A stretch of DNA of 32,000 bases from Halomicrobium mukohataei DSM 12286 (GTDB lineage Archaea > Halobacteriota > Halobacteria > Halobacteriales > Haloarculaceae), in the NCBI RefSeq assembly GCF_000023965.1, contig NC_013202.1:720001-752000 (forward strand). Direction: 5' to 3'. The first letter of the stretch is position 1; each line of letters opens with the position of its first letter. The notes beneath the pieces were generated by a model. That model had not been told where the DNA came from, made no database searches, and saw only the letters and a list, made by a program, of their open reading frames with translations. The position numbers and the translations under genes are program-made. Of this stretch, positions 24,019 to 31,742 are shown piece after piece.

Positions 24019-25055
24019 TGACGTTCTCCGCGAGCGTCGTCGGCGGCTCGGGCTTTACCGGCGGGGAACTCCTTCGCCTGCTCGATGGCCACCCCGAGTT
24101 TCGAACCGTTCAGGCAACGAGCCGCTCGAAGGAAAACAAGACGGTCGGCCACGCCCACCCGAACCTCCGGCACAAGGACCTGCGCTTTTCCAGCCCGGCA
24201 GATCTGGAATCCGTCGACGTGCTCTTTGCGGCGACACCCCACGGCGTCTCGATGGAGCAGATCGACGCGTTTCGGGACGCCGCCGACACCGTCGTCGACC
24301 TCTCGGCCGACTTCCGCCTCGACACCGAGGCCCAGTACGACGAGTGGTACGACGGCCACAGCCGTCCGGAACTGCTCGCCGACGCGGAGTACGCGCTGCC
24401 CGAGCTGAACCGCGGGAACCTCGCGGGCGCGGACCTGATCGCTTCGGGTGGCTGTAACGCCACCGCGACGATCATGGGCCTGTTGCCTCTCTTCGAGGCC
24501 GACATCCTGAGCGGCGACGAGCAGGTCGTCGTCGACGTGAAGGTCGGTTCCTCGGAGGGCGGCGCTGGCGGCGGCGAGGCCTCCAGCCACCCCGAACGCT
24601 CGGGCGTCGTCCGCCCCTACGCGCCGACGGGCCACCGCCACGAAGCCGAGATTCAGCAGTTCCTCGGCGTCGACGTGTCCTTCACCGTCCACGCGGTGGA
24701 GATGACCCGCGGGGCGAGCGCGACCTGTCACGTCTTCCCGGACGGGCCGGTCTCGAAGGGCGACCTCTGGAGTGCCTACCGCGAGTCCTACGAAGACGAG
24801 CCGTTCGTCCGGATGGCCGCGGGCGGTGGCGGCGTCTACCGCTATCCGGAGCCCAAGGCCGTCGCCGGGACGAACTTCGCGGAGGTCGGCTTCGAGGTCG
24901 ACCCCGCGAACGAGCGACTCGTCGTGTTCTCGGCGATCGACAACATGATGAAGGGCTCGGCCGGCCAGGCCGTCCACGCCGCCAACGTCGCGCTGGGGAT
25001 CGAGGAGACTGCCGGCCTCGAACTGACCGGGTTCCACCCCGTCGGCGCACCGTGA
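24018..25055 (+). CDS. argC: N-acetyl-gamma-glutamyl-phosphate reductase homologue (LysY/ArgC type, acting on the LysW-bound substrate)
   Basis: 345 aa. MTFSASVVGGSGFTGGELLRLL (NAD(P)-binding), the active-site Cys region ASGGCNATA, and GFHPVGAP at the C-terminus. Its ATG overlaps the argX stop (TGATG at 24016-24020). Confidence 0.88.
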   Translation: MTFSASVVGGSGFTGGELLRLLDGHPEFRTVQATSRSKENKTVGHAHPNLRHKDLRFSSPADLESVDVLFAATPHGVSMEQIDAFRDAADTVVDLSADFRLDTEAQYDEWYDGHSRPELLADAEYALPELNRGNLAGADLIASGGCNATATIMGLLPLFEADILSGDEQVVVDVKVGSSEGGAGGGEASSHPERSGVVRPYAPTGHRHEAEIQQFLGVDVSFTVHAVEMTRGASATCHVFPDGPVSKGDLWSAYRESYEDEPFVRMAAGGGGVYRYPEPKAVAGTNFAEVGFEVDPANERLVVFSAIDNMMKGSAGQAVHAANVALGIEETAGLELTGFHPVGAP

Positions 25056-25074
25056 CCGCAGGAGTGAACTTTCC

Positions 25075-25908
25075 ATGACAGTAGTTATCAAAGTCGGTGG
25101 CGCTCGTGCGGTCGACCCCGCGGGTGCCCTTTCGGACGTTGCATCACTCTACGAGGACGGCGAGGATGTGGTCCTCGTCCACGGCGGCTCCACCGCCGTC
25201 GACGACACGCTCGAACGGCTCGGCATCGAACCGGAGTACGTCGAGACGCCCAGCGGCGTCGTCGGCCGCTTTACCGACGAGGCGACGATGGAGGTCTTCG
25301 AGATGGTCTTTGGCCACCTCAACACCCAGCTCGTCGCCGGGCTCCAGAGTCTCGGCGTCGACGCCGTCGGCCTCTCGGGCGTGGACGGGAAACTCCTCCA
25401 CGGACCCCGGAAGTCCGCGGTCCGCGTCGTCGAGGACGGCACGAAGAAGATCAGGCGCGGCGACCACTCCGGCACGATCAAGGAGGTCAACACGGACCTG
25501 CTTTGGTCGCTGCTCGACGGCAACTACCTGCCGGTGGCCGCGCCGCCGATGGCCGGCGACGACGACGGTGAGATTATCCCCGTCAACACAGACGCCGACC
25601 GTACCGCCGCGGCGATCGCCGCCGCGCTGGACGCCAAGCTGGTCCTGCTGACCGACGTGGCGGGCGTCTACGAGGACCCAGACGATCCCGAGACGCTGAT
25701 CGAGACCGTCGAGACCGGCGAGGAGTGGCAGGCCCTCGAAGCGGCCGCGGAGGGGTTCATGAGTCGCAAGATCATGGCCGCCAGGGAGGCCCTGGACGGT
25801 GGCGCACCCGAGGTGGTCGTCGCCGACGCCAACGCCGACACACCGGTCACAGACGCAGTTAACGGAGACGGCACACACATGTTTCAGGAGGCCATCGAGG
25901 AGCTATGA
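25075..25908 (+). CDS. argB: acetylglutamate-kinase-family kinase (LysZ/ArgB type)
   Basis: 277 aa. MTVVIKVGGARAV, VLVHGGS, PVNTDADRTAAAIAAAL and LVLLTDVAGVY are amino-acid-kinase-fold motifs. A GGAGTGA SD lies upstream. Confidence 0.88.
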   Translation: MTVVIKVGGARAVDPAGALSDVASLYEDGEDVVLVHGGSTAVDDTLERLGIEPEYVETPSGVVGRFTDEATMEVFEMVFGHLNTQLVAGLQSLGVDAVGLSGVDGKLLHGPRKSAVRVVEDGTKKIRRGDHSGTIKEVNTDLLWSLLDGNYLPVAAPPMAGDDDGEIIPVNTDADRTAAAIAAALDAKLVLLTDVAGVYEDPDDPETLIETVETGEEWQALEAAAEGFMSRKIMAAREALDGGAPEVVVADANADTPVTDAVNGDGTHMFQEAIEEL

Positions 25909-27035
25909 GCGGATTCGTCTTCAACGAGAAACCGATCCAGATCGAAGAGGGGGACGGCGTGTGGCTGTCCGACGACGCGGGCAACGAGTACCTCGACATG
26001 GGGGCGTCCTACGCCTGTGTCCCGCTCGGCCATCGCCACCCGGCGGTCGACCAGGCCGCAAAGAGTCAGATAGACAGGCTCACCTACGTCCAGGCGTCCT
26101 ATCCCAACGCCGCGCGGACCCGTCTCTACGAGACGCTGGCCGACACCGCACCCGATCCGATCGACAAGGTGTGGCTCTGTAACTCCGGCACCGAGGCCAA
26201 CGAGGCCGCGCTGAAGTTCGCCCGTGCTGCGACCGGCGAGTCGAAGCTCGTGGCGACGATGCAGGGCTTTCACGGCCGGACGATGGGGTCGCTGGCGACG
26301 ACCTGGAAGAGCAAGTACAAGAAGCCCTACGAGCCCCTGGCCGGCGACGTGGAGTTCGTCCCCTACGACGACCCCGAGGCCATGCGGGACGCCGTCGACG
26401 AGGAGACGGCGGGCGTCATCGTCGAACCCATCCAGGGAGAGGGCGGCATCAACCCCGCTTCGACCGAGTTCCTCGAAGCGACCCGCGAGGCGACCGAAGA
26501 CGCGGGCGCGGCACTGATCTTCGACGAGGTCCAGACCGGGATGGGGCGGACCGGATCGCTGTGGGCCGCCCAGGAGTCCGGCGTCGTCCCGGACATGATC
26601 ACCGCGGCGAAGGGACTTGGCAACGGCTACCCCATCGGCGCGACGCTGTGTCGCGAGTGGATCGCCGACGAGTACGGCTCCCACGCCTCGACGTTCTCGG
26701 GCGGGCCGGTCATCTCGGCGGCCGCCGACGCGACCGTCTCGACGATCGTCGAGGAGGACGTGCCCAGCAACGCCGCCGCGGTCGGCGACTACCTCCGGGC
26801 GGAGCTGGAGGCCACGCTGGGCGACGAGGTTCGCGACATCCGCGGCGAGGGCCTGATGATCGGCATCGAGGTCGGCCGGGGCGCGATGGGACACCTCAAG
26901 CAGCTGGCGATGAGCGAGGGCGTGCTGGCGCTGCCGGCCGGCCGAACGGTGGTGCGGCTGCTCCCGCCGCTGACCCTCACCGAGGAGGACGCCGACCACG
27001 TCGTCGACGCGCTGGAATCGGTGATTGTAGAATGA
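25905..27035 (+). CDS. argD: acetylornithine/LysW-substrate aminotransferase (class III PLP, LysJ/ArgD type)
   Basis: 376 aa. LCNSGTEANEAALKFAR, GFHGRTMGSL, IVEPIQGEGGI, LIFDEVQTGMGRTG and the PLP-lysine region TAAKGLGNGYP. Its start overlaps the argB stop (ATGA at 25905-25908). Confidence 0.9.
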   Translation: MSGFVFNEKPIQIEEGDGVWLSDDAGNEYLDMGASYACVPLGHRHPAVDQAAKSQIDRLTYVQASYPNAARTRLYETLADTAPDPIDKVWLCNSGTEANEAALKFARAATGESKLVATMQGFHGRTMGSLATTWKSKYKKPYEPLAGDVEFVPYDDPEAMRDAVDEETAGVIVEPIQGEGGINPASTEFLEATREATEDAGAALIFDEVQTGMGRTGSLWAAQESGVVPDMITAAKGLGNGYPIGATLCREWIADEYGSHASTFSGGPVISAAADATVSTIVEEDVPSNAAAVGDYLRAELEATLGDEVRDIRGEGLMIGIEVGRGAMGHLKQLAMSEGVLALPAGRTVVRLLPPLTLTEEDADHVVDALESVIVE

Positions 27036-27120
27036 GCGCGAGACGCCACGCATCTCGGAACGGCGAGCGGGCGGTCCCGCCCGCGAGCGAAAGGGGAATG
27101 CGCTCACCGGAGGTGGGCAC

Positions 27121-28176
27121 ATGAGCCAGACCGTCCAGGCCCCCGACCAGGAAGCTCGCGACCTGCTCGAAGCGATCGTCCGCATCCCGTCGGTCACGCC
27201 CGACGAAGAGCGGGCCGCGAAGCGACTGGTCGAGTTCTTCGACTCCCACGGCCGCGAGGCCTGGGTCGACGAGATCGGCAACGTCCGCGCGCCGGCCGAC
27301 GACGGCGTGTTGCTGACCTCCCACATCGACACGGTGCCGGGCGACATTCCCGTCCGGGTCGAGGAGAACGACGACGGCGAACCGGAGCTGTGGGGCCGTG
27401 GCTCCGTCGACGCGAAGGGACCGCTCTGTGCGATGGCGGTCGCCGCCGTCCGCACCGGCGCGAGCTTCCTCGGCGTCGTCGGCGAAGAAGTGGATTCGCG
27501 TGGCAGTCGGTACGTGATCGAGGACCGCGAGGGGACGCCCGACGCGGTCGTCAACGGCGAACCCTCCGGCTGGGAGGGGATCACGCTGGGCTATCGCGGT
27601 CTGCTGGCCGGCACGTACGTCGCCACCAGCGAGTCGGGCCACTCCTCGCGACCGGACAACAACGCGATCCAGGACGCGCTGGACTGGTGGGCCGCCGTCG
27701 AGGGCGAGTTCGAGAAAGACGAATGGGAGCCCGTCTTCGAACGGGTCACCTGCAAACCCGTCGACATCGACGGGGGGATCTCCGACGACGGGCTCTCCGT
27801 CGAGACGACGATGGACGTACAGCTTCGGGTCCCGCCGGAGTACACGACCGACGAGATCCGCGAGATCGCCGACGGTCACCTCGTCAACGGCACCGTCCAC
27901 TGGGACGACAAGGTCGAACCGGTGATGCAGAGCCCCCGGACCCCGGTCGCCCGCGCGTTCCGGACCGCGATCCGGTCGGCCGGCGGGGAGCCCACCCTGT
28001 TGCGCAAGACCGGGACCAGCGACATGAACGTCTTCGCACAGTCCTGGGACTGCCCGATGGTCACCTACGGCCCCGGCGACTCGGACCTGGATCACGCGCC
28101 GAACGAACACATCCAGTTAGCGGAGTACGACCGCTCCGTCACCGTCCTCGAAGACGTGACCGAACGCCTCCTGTAA
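27121..28176 (+). CDS. argE: M20-family deacylase of the LysK/ArgE type ([LysW]-ornithine hydrolase)
   Basis: 351 aa. LLEAIVRIPSVTPDE, LTSHIDTVPG, LWGRGSVDAKGPL, GEEVDSRGS and a C-terminal HAPNEH. A GGAGGTG SD lies at 27109-27115. Confidence 0.85.
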   Translation: MSQTVQAPDQEARDLLEAIVRIPSVTPDEERAAKRLVEFFDSHGREAWVDEIGNVRAPADDGVLLTSHIDTVPGDIPVRVEENDDGEPELWGRGSVDAKGPLCAMAVAAVRTGASFLGVVGEEVDSRGSRYVIEDREGTPDAVVNGEPSGWEGITLGYRGLLAGTYVATSESGHSSRPDNNAIQDALDWWAAVEGEFEKDEWEPVFERVTCKPVDIDGGISDDGLSVETTMDVQLRVPPEYTTDEIREIADGHLVNGTVHWDDKVEPVMQSPRTPVARAFRTAIRSAGGEPTLLRKTGTSDMNVFAQSWDCPMVTYGPGDSDLDHAPNEHIQLAEYDRSVTVLEDVTERLL

Positions 28177-28178
28177 CA

Positions 28179-29069
28179 ATGCCCACGCACCTGCTCGACG
28201 TCGACGACCTGACGACCGACGAACTGACGACCGTGCTCGACCGCGCGGCCGAGATCAAAGCCGACGGCGCGCCCGACCTCCTGGACGGGCACACCCTCGG
28301 GATGCTCTTCGAGAAGCCCTCGACGCGAACCCGGATCTCCTTCGAGACCGGGATGACCGACCTCGGTGGCCACGCGATCTTCCTCGGCCCCGAGGACATC
28401 CAGCTGGGCCACGGCGAGCCGATCAAAGACACCGCACGCGCCGTCTCGCGGTACGTCGACTTCCTGATGGCCCGGATGTTCGACCACGGCGACGTGGAGG
28501 AACTGGCCGAGTACGCCAGCGTCCCCGTCGTCAACGGGCTGACCGACGACGCCCACCCCTGCCAGACGCTCGCGGACCTGCTGACGATCCGCGAGCGGTT
28601 CGGCAGCTTCGAGGACGCCACCGTGGCGTGGGTCGGCGACGGCAACAACGTCTGTCAGTCGTTCGTGCTGGGCGCGGCGATGACGGATCTCGACCTGACG
28701 GTCGCGACCCCCGAGGGGTACGGCGTCGACGAGAGCGTGCTGGACCGCGCCGCCGAACTCGGCAGCGTGCCCGCGACGACGACCGACCCCGAGGCCGCCA
28801 TGGCCGACGCCGACGTGGTCTACACCGACGTGTGGGTCAGCATGGGTCAGGAAGACAAGCGCGAGGAGAAACTCCGGGCCTTCGAGGGGTTCCAGATCAC
28901 GCCCGACGTGCTTGGCGACCGCACGCTGATGCACTGCCTGCCCGCCCACCGCGGCGAGGAGGTCACCGACGCCGCCATCGAGAGCGACAACGCCATCGTC
29001 TGGGACCAGGCCGAAAACCGCCTGCACGCACAGAACGGGCTGCTGGCGTGGCTGTCTGAACAGGAGTAG
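28179..29069 (+). CDS. argF: ornithine carbamoyltransferase
   Basis: 296 aa from ATG 28179, 2 nt after the argE stop. FEKPSTRTRISFE (carbamoyl-phosphate site), HPCQTLADL, DVWVSMG and HCLPAHRGEE. Confidence 0.93.
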   Translation: MPTHLLDVDDLTTDELTTVLDRAAEIKADGAPDLLDGHTLGMLFEKPSTRTRISFETGMTDLGGHAIFLGPEDIQLGHGEPIKDTARAVSRYVDFLMARMFDHGDVEELAEYASVPVVNGLTDDAHPCQTLADLLTIRERFGSFEDATVAWVGDGNNVCQSFVLGAAMTDLDLTVATPEGYGVDESVLDRAAELGSVPATTTDPEAAMADADVVYTDVWVSMGQEDKREEKLRAFEGFQITPDVLGDRTLMHCLPAHRGEEVTDAAIESDNAIVWDQAENRLHAQNGLLAWLSEQE

Positions 29070-29071
29070 CA

Positions 29072-29202
29072 CCGCTCGAACGCAGTGAGAGCGGCTTTTT
29101 CACCGACGTTTTGCGACGAGTGGTTCCCGCAGCGAACGACGCGAGGCGCACCGAAGGTGGGCCTCGCAACGTGAGCGAGGAAACCCGAGGAGCAAAAGGT
29201 CG
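29072..29202 (+). terminator. T-run/hairpin module A immediately 3' of argF
   Basis: Hairpin CCGCTC(29072-77)/GAGCGG(29089-94) is followed by T5 (29096-29100). A long imperfect hairpin pairs CGACGTTTTGC (29104-14) with GCAAAAGGTCG (29192-202) around an inner GCGAGGC/GCCTCGC stem. Same architecture as 11104-11205. Confidence 0.45.
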
Positions 29203-29207
29203 CTGTC

Positions 29208-29274
29208 GGACCAGGCCGAGAACCGCCTGCACGCACAGAACGGGCTGCTCGCGTGGCTGGCCGAGCAAGAGTAG
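29208..29274 (+). pseudogene. detached copy 2 of the argF 3' end (last 21 codons + stop)
   Basis: 61/67 nt identical to 29003-29069. It translates in the equivalent frame as DQAENRLHAQNGLLAWLAEQE-stop. Differences are four synonymous third-position changes plus one codon swap (TCT Ser to GCC Ala). Confidence 0.85.
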
Positions 29275-29295
29275 GGCGGCGAGCGGAGCGAACCG

Positions 29296-29364
29296 TTTTT
29301 TCGCCCACGTTTTTCCACGAGTGGTCGCGAGCATCGCGAAGCGATCCGACGTGGAAAAAGGTGG
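29296..29364 (+). terminator. T-run/hairpin module B following argF-end copy 2
   Basis: T6 (29296-29301) is followed by the stem CCACGTTTTTCCACG (29305-19)/CGTGGAAAAAGGTGG (29350-64), 14/15 paired, enclosing TCGCGAGCATCGCGAAGCGA. Same layout as modules at 11104-11205 and 29072-29202. Confidence 0.4.
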
Positions 29365-29367
29365 CTG

Positions 29368-29424
29368 CAGAACCGCCTGCACGCCCAGAACGGGCTGCTC
29401 GCGTGGCTGTCTGAGGAGGACTGA
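29368..29424 (+). pseudogene. detached copy 3 of the argF 3' end (last 18 codons + stop)
   Basis: CAGAACCGCCTGCACGCCCAGAACGGGCTGCTCGCGTGGCTGTCTGAGGAGGACTGA translates to QNRLHAQNGLLAWLSEED-stop, against ENRLHAQNGLLAWLSEQE-stop in the real gene. Confidence 0.8.
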
Positions 29425-29470
29425 CGACGACGAACGGGGCGAGTCTCGCTCCCAGTCGACACGTCGATCG

Positions 29471-29647
29471 TCAGCGGCGGTCGGCTTCGAGCCGTCGGAG
29501 ACGGGCAGAAACGGCACCGGACAGCCCGGCGACGAGCCCGAAGAACAGGATCGCGAACCAGACGGACGAGAGATCGCCGTCACTGGCCAGAAACAGGAAC
29601 CCCCCGAACAGTTCGATCAACAGCGCAACGCCGATAGTGCGGTCCAT
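29471..29647 (-). CDS. small two-helix membrane protein (58 aa); below the ORF-track cutoff
   Basis: ATG (cat at 29645-29647) gives MDRTIGVALLIELFGGFLFLASDGDLSSVWFAILFFGLVAGLSGAVSARLRRLEADRR, then TGA (29471-29473). Most codons end in G/C. A T-rich stretch (TTTTTT) lies about 30 nt upstream on the minus strand. Confidence 0.5.
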   Translation of the reverse strand: MDRTIGVALLIELFGGFLFLASDGDLSSVWFAILFFGLVAGLSGAVSARLRRLEADRR

Positions 29648-29742
29648 CGCGGTTCGAGGAGCGAAGACGCGAAAAAAGTTCTTCTCGGACCAGCGCAGTC
29701 CGGCGGTCTCCAGTCGAAACGGTACCCTTTGTGCTCCCCGTG

Positions 29743-29823
29743 ATACGGTTTATTGTAGTTGCTTACCGGTGATCGTCGCCACGGAGTAGACGATCACCGG
29801 TAAATCGCTACAATAATCCGTAT
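29743..29823. repeat. 81-bp imperfect palindromic element, copy 2 (inverted relative to copy 1)
   Basis: ATACGGTTTATTGTAGTTGCTTACCGGTGATCGTCGCCACGGAGTAGACGATCACCGGTAAATCGCTACAATAATCCGTAT equals the reverse complement of 124-204 except for one base (A versus C at element position 10). Confidence 0.85.
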
Positions 29824-29975
29824 GAGTACGTTTGGCATCGGGTCGCCGCGGCCGAACCGTCGAATCGGCAGGCGGTCGGCGTCCCATCTGGCGGTCTCCA
29901 CCCGAAACAGTACCCCTTCGTCACCGGCGGCAAGCAACAGCAACGTTTTCCGTCGCGCCACGGCTACGGTCGACG

Positions 29976-30830
29976 ATGACCTCGGCACCCACGGCGGCGG
30001 TCGAAGCGGCCCTCGGCGGGTCCGTAGAGACGAGCGAGCGGCTGGACGGCGGGATGGTCGGAGACGTGTTTCGCGTCGAACTCGCCGACGGCCGTGTCGC
30101 GGTCGCGAAGACCGGCGAGCACGACCTCTCGATCGAAGGTCGGATGCTGTCGTACCTCGCTACGGAGTCCGACCTGCCGGTGCCCGAGGTGTATCACGCC
30201 GACGCCGAGGTGCTCTGTATCGAGTACGTGGCGGGCACGTCGACGATCACGCCGGCCGTCGAGCGCGACGCGGCGAGGCAGTTGGCCGATCTGCACCGCG
30301 TCGAGGGGCGGGCCTTTGGCTTCCCGTTCGACACGCTCACCGGCCCAGTCGCGCAGCCCAACCCCTGGACCGAGCGCTGGGTGTCGTTCTATCGGGACCA
30401 GCGGGTACGGTCGATCTGTGACCGGGCCAGTCGGGCGGGAGCGCTGTCGGACGAGCTGGCGACCCGCGTCGAGCGGGCGTGTGCCGACTTCGAGTCGCTG
30501 CTGAGCGAGCCCGAGTCCCCCGCGCTGTTGCACGGCGACGCGTGGCGGACGAACCTCCTGACCGACGGCCGGCGAGTGACGGCGTTTCTCGACCCCGCCT
30601 GTTACTACGGCCACCCGGAGGTCGAGCTGGCCTACGTCGACTGGACGGAGACGTTCGGCGACGCCTTCTTCGATCGCTACCAGCGCGAGCGCGGCGTCGA
30701 TCTCGGTGCAGCGTTCTGGGATCGGCGGCGCTACGTCTACAGGCTCTCCCCGCTGCTCGTCCACGTCCACCTGTTCGGCGACCAGTACCGCGAGGAGCTG
30801 GCCGAGACGCTGGCCCGACTGGGCTACTGA
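29976..30830 (+). CDS. fructosamine-kinase-family / aminoglycoside-phosphotransferase-fold kinase (284 aa)
   Basis: From ATG 29976: ...SERLDGGMVGDVFRVELADGRVAVAKT..., PVPEVYHADAEVLCIEYV, ALLHGDAWRTNLL (catalytic HGD..N), FLDPACYYGHPEVELAY and the C-terminal YRLSPLLVHVHLFG are typical of the fructosamine-3-kinase family. Confidence 0.75.
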   Translation: MTSAPTAAVEAALGGSVETSERLDGGMVGDVFRVELADGRVAVAKTGEHDLSIEGRMLSYLATESDLPVPEVYHADAEVLCIEYVAGTSTITPAVERDAARQLADLHRVEGRAFGFPFDTLTGPVAQPNPWTERWVSFYRDQRVRSICDRASRAGALSDELATRVERACADFESLLSEPESPALLHGDAWRTNLLTDGRRVTAFLDPACYYGHPEVELAYVDWTETFGDAFFDRYQRERGVDLGAAFWDRRRYVYRLSPLLVHVHLFGDQYREELAETLARLGY

Positions 30831-30909
30831 ACGATCGACGAGAGCGTCGACAGAGTGGCCCAACCGCCGACGGGAACGCTCAAGACGGTGCCGGGAGAAG
30901 GGCTCGACG

Positions 30910-31146
30910 ATGAGCGAGCGACGGACCGTCTCGGCCGGCGAGCTGGCGGTCGAGGAGCTGCTCGACCGGCTGGAATCCGGTGAGCGCGTCGTCGTCCGCA
31001 CGGAGTTTCTGGGCTCGGAACACCAGGTGACGCTGCGCTACGACGGCTCGACGTTCTACTGTGACACGCCCACGCGGCTCCACCGCCACGAGAGCCGCGA
31101 GGCGATGCGGACCTGTCTGGAGAATCAGGGCTACGCGAGCCAGTGA
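30910..31146 (+). CDS. small conserved-looking hypothetical protein (78 aa)
   Basis: MSERRTVSAGELAVEELLDRLESGERVVVRTEFLGSEHQVTLRYDGSTFYCDTPTRLHRHESREAMRTCLENQGYASQ. Strong G/C third-position bias. No family recognised. Confidence 0.55.
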   Translation: MSERRTVSAGELAVEELLDRLESGERVVVRTEFLGSEHQVTLRYDGSTFYCDTPTRLHRHESREAMRTCLENQGYASQ

Positions 31147-31163
31147 GCTGTAGGTAACGCGGC

Positions 31164-31170
31164 AATTTAT
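31164..31170 (+). promoter_or_regulatory. TATA-box candidate for the 31195 gene
   Basis: AATTTAT is centred 28 nt upstream of ATG 31195, which fits leaderless spacing. Confidence 0.45.
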
Positions 31171-31194
31171 CCGCGATGGCCGGCAACGTCGGGT

Positions 31195-31566
31195 ATGGCC
31201 GCCGACCCCTCGCCCAACCGGTTCAGAGAACTGCTGCTCGACGACGAACCGTCGCTCGACGAGGTAATGGCCTGTGTCTTCGGCATCCAGGCCCACGAGG
31301 TCCGGACCTACGAGACGCTGCTCGACTACCCCGAGAGCACCGTCGAGGAGCTGGCCGACCAGCTCGACCGGGACCGGTCGAACGTGAACCGTTCGCTGTC
31401 GACGCTGCGCGAAAAGGGGCTGGCCTCGCGTCGCCGCCGCCTGCTCGACAGCGGCGGCCACGTCTACCAGTACACGCCCACACCTCGCGATGAGGCCGCC
31501 GAGTTGATGCACGAGACCCTGGAGGAGTGGGCAGAGTACGTCCACGGTCGGATCGACGAGTTCTAG
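31195..31566 (+). CDS. winged-helix (TrmB/MarR-like) transcription regulator (123 aa)
   Basis: LDEVMACVFGIQAHEVRTYETLLDYPESTVEELADQLDRDRSNVNRSLSTLREKGLASRRRRLLDSGGHVYQYTP shows an HTH plus beta-wing pattern. Confidence 0.7.
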   Translation: MAADPSPNRFRELLLDDEPSLDEVMACVFGIQAHEVRTYETLLDYPESTVEELADQLDRDRSNVNRSLSTLREKGLASRRRRLLDSGGHVYQYTPTPRDEAAELMHETLEEWAEYVHGRIDEF

Positions 31567-31577
31567 CGAGGGGCGTC

Positions 31578-31683
31578 GCGAGCGAAGCGAGCGACGGCCC
31601 TCAATGATGCGAGCGGGAGCGCAAGCGACACGCGAGCTGCTGGGCGAGCGAAGCGAGCGACGGCCCTCGATGATGCGAACGGG
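31578..31683 (+). repeat. two 40-nt direct repeats with a 66-nt period (GCGAGCGAAGCGAGCGACGGCCCTCrATGATGCGArCGGG)
   Basis: 31578-31617 and 31644-31683 are 38/40 identical. They lie in the intergenic region between the wHTH gene and thrC. Confidence 0.85.
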
Positions 31684-31742
31684 GGAGAGCGGCGAACCGA
31701 CAACCGCCCCACTTTTGCCGATAGGGGACTTCGCCCCCGACA

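Noticed and set aside
28963-29743. ORFs 29111..29743 (+, 210 aa) and 28963..29583 (-, 206 aa) spanning the argF-end repeats
   Set aside because: They read the repeated argF-end copies and hairpin modules out of frame (for example ...RTACTHRTGCSRGW...). They are low-complexity Arg/Ser/Pro-rich and cross structured non-coding elements.
124-29823. Possibility that the two inverted 81-bp elements delimit a composite transposon, provirus or genomic island
   Set aside because: The enclosed 29.6 kb is core metabolism and replication (hisG, ahcY, aspartate kinase, polC, the full arg cluster) at host-like GC. It has no transposase, integrase or phage-like genes. The repeats are better read as two independent copies of a small element.
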